Origin: Terriglobia bacterium
GTDB taxonomy: Bacteria > Acidobacteriota > Terriglobia > 20CM-2-55-15
Direction: 5' to 3'
Assembly (NCBI GenBank): GCA_963664115.2
Contig: CAXWPJ010000009.1
Span: 1,056,001 to 1,120,000 of the forward strand
Length of the DNA stretch: 64,000 bases
This document shows positions 61,394 to 64,000 of this stretch, in pieces. The notes under the pieces are model-generated. The model was not told the DNA's origin. It did no database searches and saw only the letters and a program-made list of their open reading frames with translations. The position numbers were made by a program, and so were the translations under genes. Each line of letters starts with the position of its first letter. Position 1 is the stretch's first letter.

Positions 61394-61822
61394 ATGCGGA
61401 ATGCAATCACGATAGTTTGCACGGTTGTCGCGGGTGCTGCGTTACTGTTCTCAGCGCCGGTTGCGGCACATCATTCGTTTGCAGCAGCGTACGACGAGAG
61501 TAAGCCGGTAAACCTGCAGGGAGTAGTCACTCAGGTGGAATTGGTCAACCCGCACTCCTGGATCTGGATGGATGTGACCCACGAAGACGGTACCGTGACC
61601 AACTGGGGGCTGGAAGGGGGTCCACCGATTAACCTCTTCAGGAACGGTGTGACGAAGAATACCTTGCCGGTAGGGTCCGAGATCACGGTCTTTGCGTATC
61701 AGGCCAAGAGTGGAGAAAGCAAAGGCGTCGCGGTGTTCTTCGAGTATCTGGATGGACGAAAGGTGTTCATGGGCGGTTCTGCCCCGGGCGCTGATGGTAA
61801 TCCAAGCCCTCGTACTCGGTAG
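61394..61822 (+). CDS. DUF6152 family protein
   Basis: AHHSFAAAYD, VNPHSWI and WGLEGGPP motifs. Confidence 0.8.
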   Translation: MRNAITIVCTVVAGAALLFSAPVAAHHSFAAAYDESKPVNLQGVVTQVELVNPHSWIWMDVTHEDGTVTNWGLEGGPPINLFRNGVTKNTLPVGSEITVFAYQAKSGESKGVAVFFEYLDGRKVFMGGSAPGADGNPSPRTR

Positions 61823-61944
61823 AGTTCAAGCCGGAAAAGGTCAACCCGTTTTGGGTCGGTGAGGGCAGTGTCAACTTGGGCCTTAACTGACAGGCTCGCC
61901 CCATGAAATCCACCAAATCTCGCTATAACGGTTGCTGAATTCCA

Positions 61945-61984
61945 TTCTCAACTCCTGACAAATGATCTTCTCGGACCTTGAGAA
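61945..61984. repeat. 40-bp imperfect palindrome, copy 2
   Basis: Direct copy of 60117-60156. Confidence 0.7.
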
Positions 61985-62114
61985 CCCCTGTTTTTGCACC
62001 TTTGTCAACGTCCGACAAGGTTTAACAGGCGTTGAGAATTTGATAGCACCTAACTTCCTGCCTTAGAATCTTTTACCGACTTTTTCACGGTTCTTTCAGC
62101 GACAAACCAAAACG

Positions 62115-62415
62115 ATGGAATCTGTCACACAACTTGGTCCCCTCGGTAAAGGGAGTATGGGAGAGGTCTACCGTGCCACCGACACCAGCCTAAATCGACA
62201 AGTCGCCATCAAGGTGCTCCCCACCGAATTCGCCCAGGACAGTGAACGTCTGGCCCGTTTCGAGCGCGAGGCGAAATCCCTGGCGACATTGCACCACCCG
62301 AACATCGCCCAGATATTCGGATTTGAGAAGTCCACGGGTGTCCATGCCCTCGTGATGGAGTTGGTGGAGGGACCGACGCTTGCCGACCGTATCACCCAGG
62401 GTGCCATCCCGGTTC
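62115..62415 (+). pseudogene. Hanks-type Ser/Thr protein kinase, N-lobe only
   Basis: LGKGSMGEVYRA, VAIKVL, RFEREA, HPNIA and LVMELVEG motifs; no HRD or DFG downstream. Confidence 0.8.
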
Positions 62416-62665
62416 TAAACATCGCGCTCGGCATGCGCAAGCGTGAGGTGGCCCAACGACCAGCCTTTTGGTCGTCTGCATCGGGTTCGAACGAGCACCT
62501 TGAATTGTCGCGAGGACTAATGCGAAGGGATGATAGGATGCACTATGATCCCGATGGAGAGTATTTTCGAGCCGCTCACTGCCGACCAGCCAAGCAGCAG
62601 AATGATGACTGGGTTGGTAGTGCGCGGTTGTTATGTAACGTAAGATCACCACGGAGGAATGAGTG

Positions 62666-63910
62666 ATGAAATTAATGCTCAAGAGTTCGAGGCTCCTCGC
62701 ACTCGGTGCCCTCGTTGGAGTCGTCTCGATTGCAGGGTGTGCCACGCAGGAGACCTCAGGAGAGGACGCCAGTACCGCGACCACCACGCAACAGGGCTTG
62801 GTCCATGACGGGCAGGAGCTATTCGGCCATTACTCCCAGCCCCAGCCGTTCCCGCAGGGTTTGCCCGACGACGACCATTCACACGACGGATGGACCTGGG
62901 GGTCCATGGCTGCGGTCTTCGCGGAGAGCTCGGACAGGATTTGGATCGCCATGAGGGGTGAGCTGCCCCTTTCGCCTGGCAACGAACCGTGGACTCCATA
63001 CGCTCTGATGGAGCCCTCTGTGGGGAATGCCTCGCCCAACGACGACAACGGGACGCGTGGATATGAGAGACGCTACCTGCATACCATGATCGCCGTGAAT
63101 TCCCAGGGAGAGCTGGTTGAGCACTGGCCACAACATGACCAGCTCTTCGACGTACGTGGAGGGCGCGGACCCCACAAGATCAAGATGAGTCCGTACGATC
63201 CCGCGAAGAACATCTGGGTCATCGACGACCTCCTACACCAGATCCACAAGTTCTCCTATGACGGCGAGCTGTTGCTCACGCACGGAGAGCAACTCGTACC
63301 CGGACGGGGGCCGAACAACTTCGCCCGCCCGACGGACATCGCGTGGCTGCCAGACGGAACCTACTTCATCAGTGATGGCTACGACGGAACCCGCGTCGCG
63401 AAGTTCGACGCCAACGACAACTTCATCATGGATTGGGGCCAAGCGCCCGTCGACCCCGCGAATCCGGGCCCCTACGAATTCGATACCGTCCATGCCATCA
63501 CAATCAGCCAAGAGAGGCTGCTCTACGTTTCGGACCGGGCGCACGCTCGAATCCAAGTATTCGACGAGAACGGGGAATTCCAGTTCATGTTCCCGACCGG
63601 CCCGCGGGGGCATTCCCTCCCCTACGCGATCGAGGTCCTGAGCGATCCCTCAGGAGAGGAATTCCTTTGGGTTGCGGATGGTGGGATTGGTCGAATGCTG
63701 AAATTCGATCTGCAGGGGAATTTCCTATACGCTTGGGGTATCCCGGGCGGAGAGGATGGCTACTTCAATGGGCCGCACTCAATCACGACCGACGAGAACG
63801 GCAACCTGTATATTGCCGAGGTATTCAACGGCCGGGTCCAGAAGTTCGAGCCCCTGCCGGGAGCCGACCCTGCGAAGATCTTGGGACAGCAACGGCGTGA
63901 GTTTAACTGA
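62666..63910 (+). CDS. NHL-repeat (PAL-like) beta-propeller lipoprotein
   Basis: Lipobox IAGC; FARPTDIAW...SDGY...RVAKFD, VSDR.HARIQVFD and PHSITTD motifs. Confidence 0.82.
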   Translation: MKLMLKSSRLLALGALVGVVSIAGCATQETSGEDASTATTTQQGLVHDGQELFGHYSQPQPFPQGLPDDDHSHDGWTWGSMAAVFAESSDRIWIAMRGELPLSPGNEPWTPYALMEPSVGNASPNDDNGTRGYERRYLHTMIAVNSQGELVEHWPQHDQLFDVRGGRGPHKIKMSPYDPAKNIWVIDDLLHQIHKFSYDGELLLTHGEQLVPGRGPNNFARPTDIAWLPDGTYFISDGYDGTRVAKFDANDNFIMDWGQAPVDPANPGPYEFDTVHAITISQERLLYVSDRAHARIQVFDENGEFQFMFPTGPRGHSLPYAIEVLSDPSGEEFLWVADGGIGRMLKFDLQGNFLYAWGIPGGEDGYFNGPHSITTDENGNLYIAEVFNGRVQKFEPLPGADPAKILGQQRREFN

Positions 63911-64000
63911 AGGCCGGATCAGCTAGTGTACCCCGCTCGAAGTAATGTAACTAAAATAGCTTTCCAACGTCCAATAGAGAATGAGGAAAGCACCGACCAT

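Noticed and set aside
1-64000. Genome-wide UGA reassignment (Trp/Gly code)
   Set aside because: Many full-length genes end in TGA (hpaI, both Mo subunits, the helicase, hicA) and Trp is encoded by TGG.

Overview
GC-rich bacterial window; the gene families (Oar-type TonB-dependent receptors, DUF5916, DUF6152 modules) suggest Acidobacteriota, which is an inference. Main signal: three paralogous secreted beta-propeller genes (708-2783, 10058-12274, 21021-23342) each carry an in-frame TGA at the same codon (E[LI]L[VI]PN-TGA-V). Each TGA is followed at +23 to +43 nt by a 9-bp hairpin in which one base pair covaries three ways (G-C, T-A, C-G). This points to a selenocysteine-containing propeller family that ORF callers split in two. 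Nearby are TonB-dependent receptors (one intact, one doubly frameshifted, one atypical, one partial), an uncalled 43-aa protein with 14 Cys (metallothionein-like) and a Tat-exported PaoABC-like molybdoenzyme with a duplicated, divergent Mo subunit. Further along: recurrent DUF6152-plus-partner modules, an IS-end-bracketed catabolic cluster (DASS transporter, CMD, mmsA, hpaI, hpaH), a tRNA-Leu(CAA) with a ~1.2-kb att-bounded toxin-antitoxin islet, an uncalled Zn-ribbon microprotein, a family-5 UDG, a Dna2-like nuclease-helicase and several pseudogene or IS remnants. All calls come from reading motifs; no database search was run.
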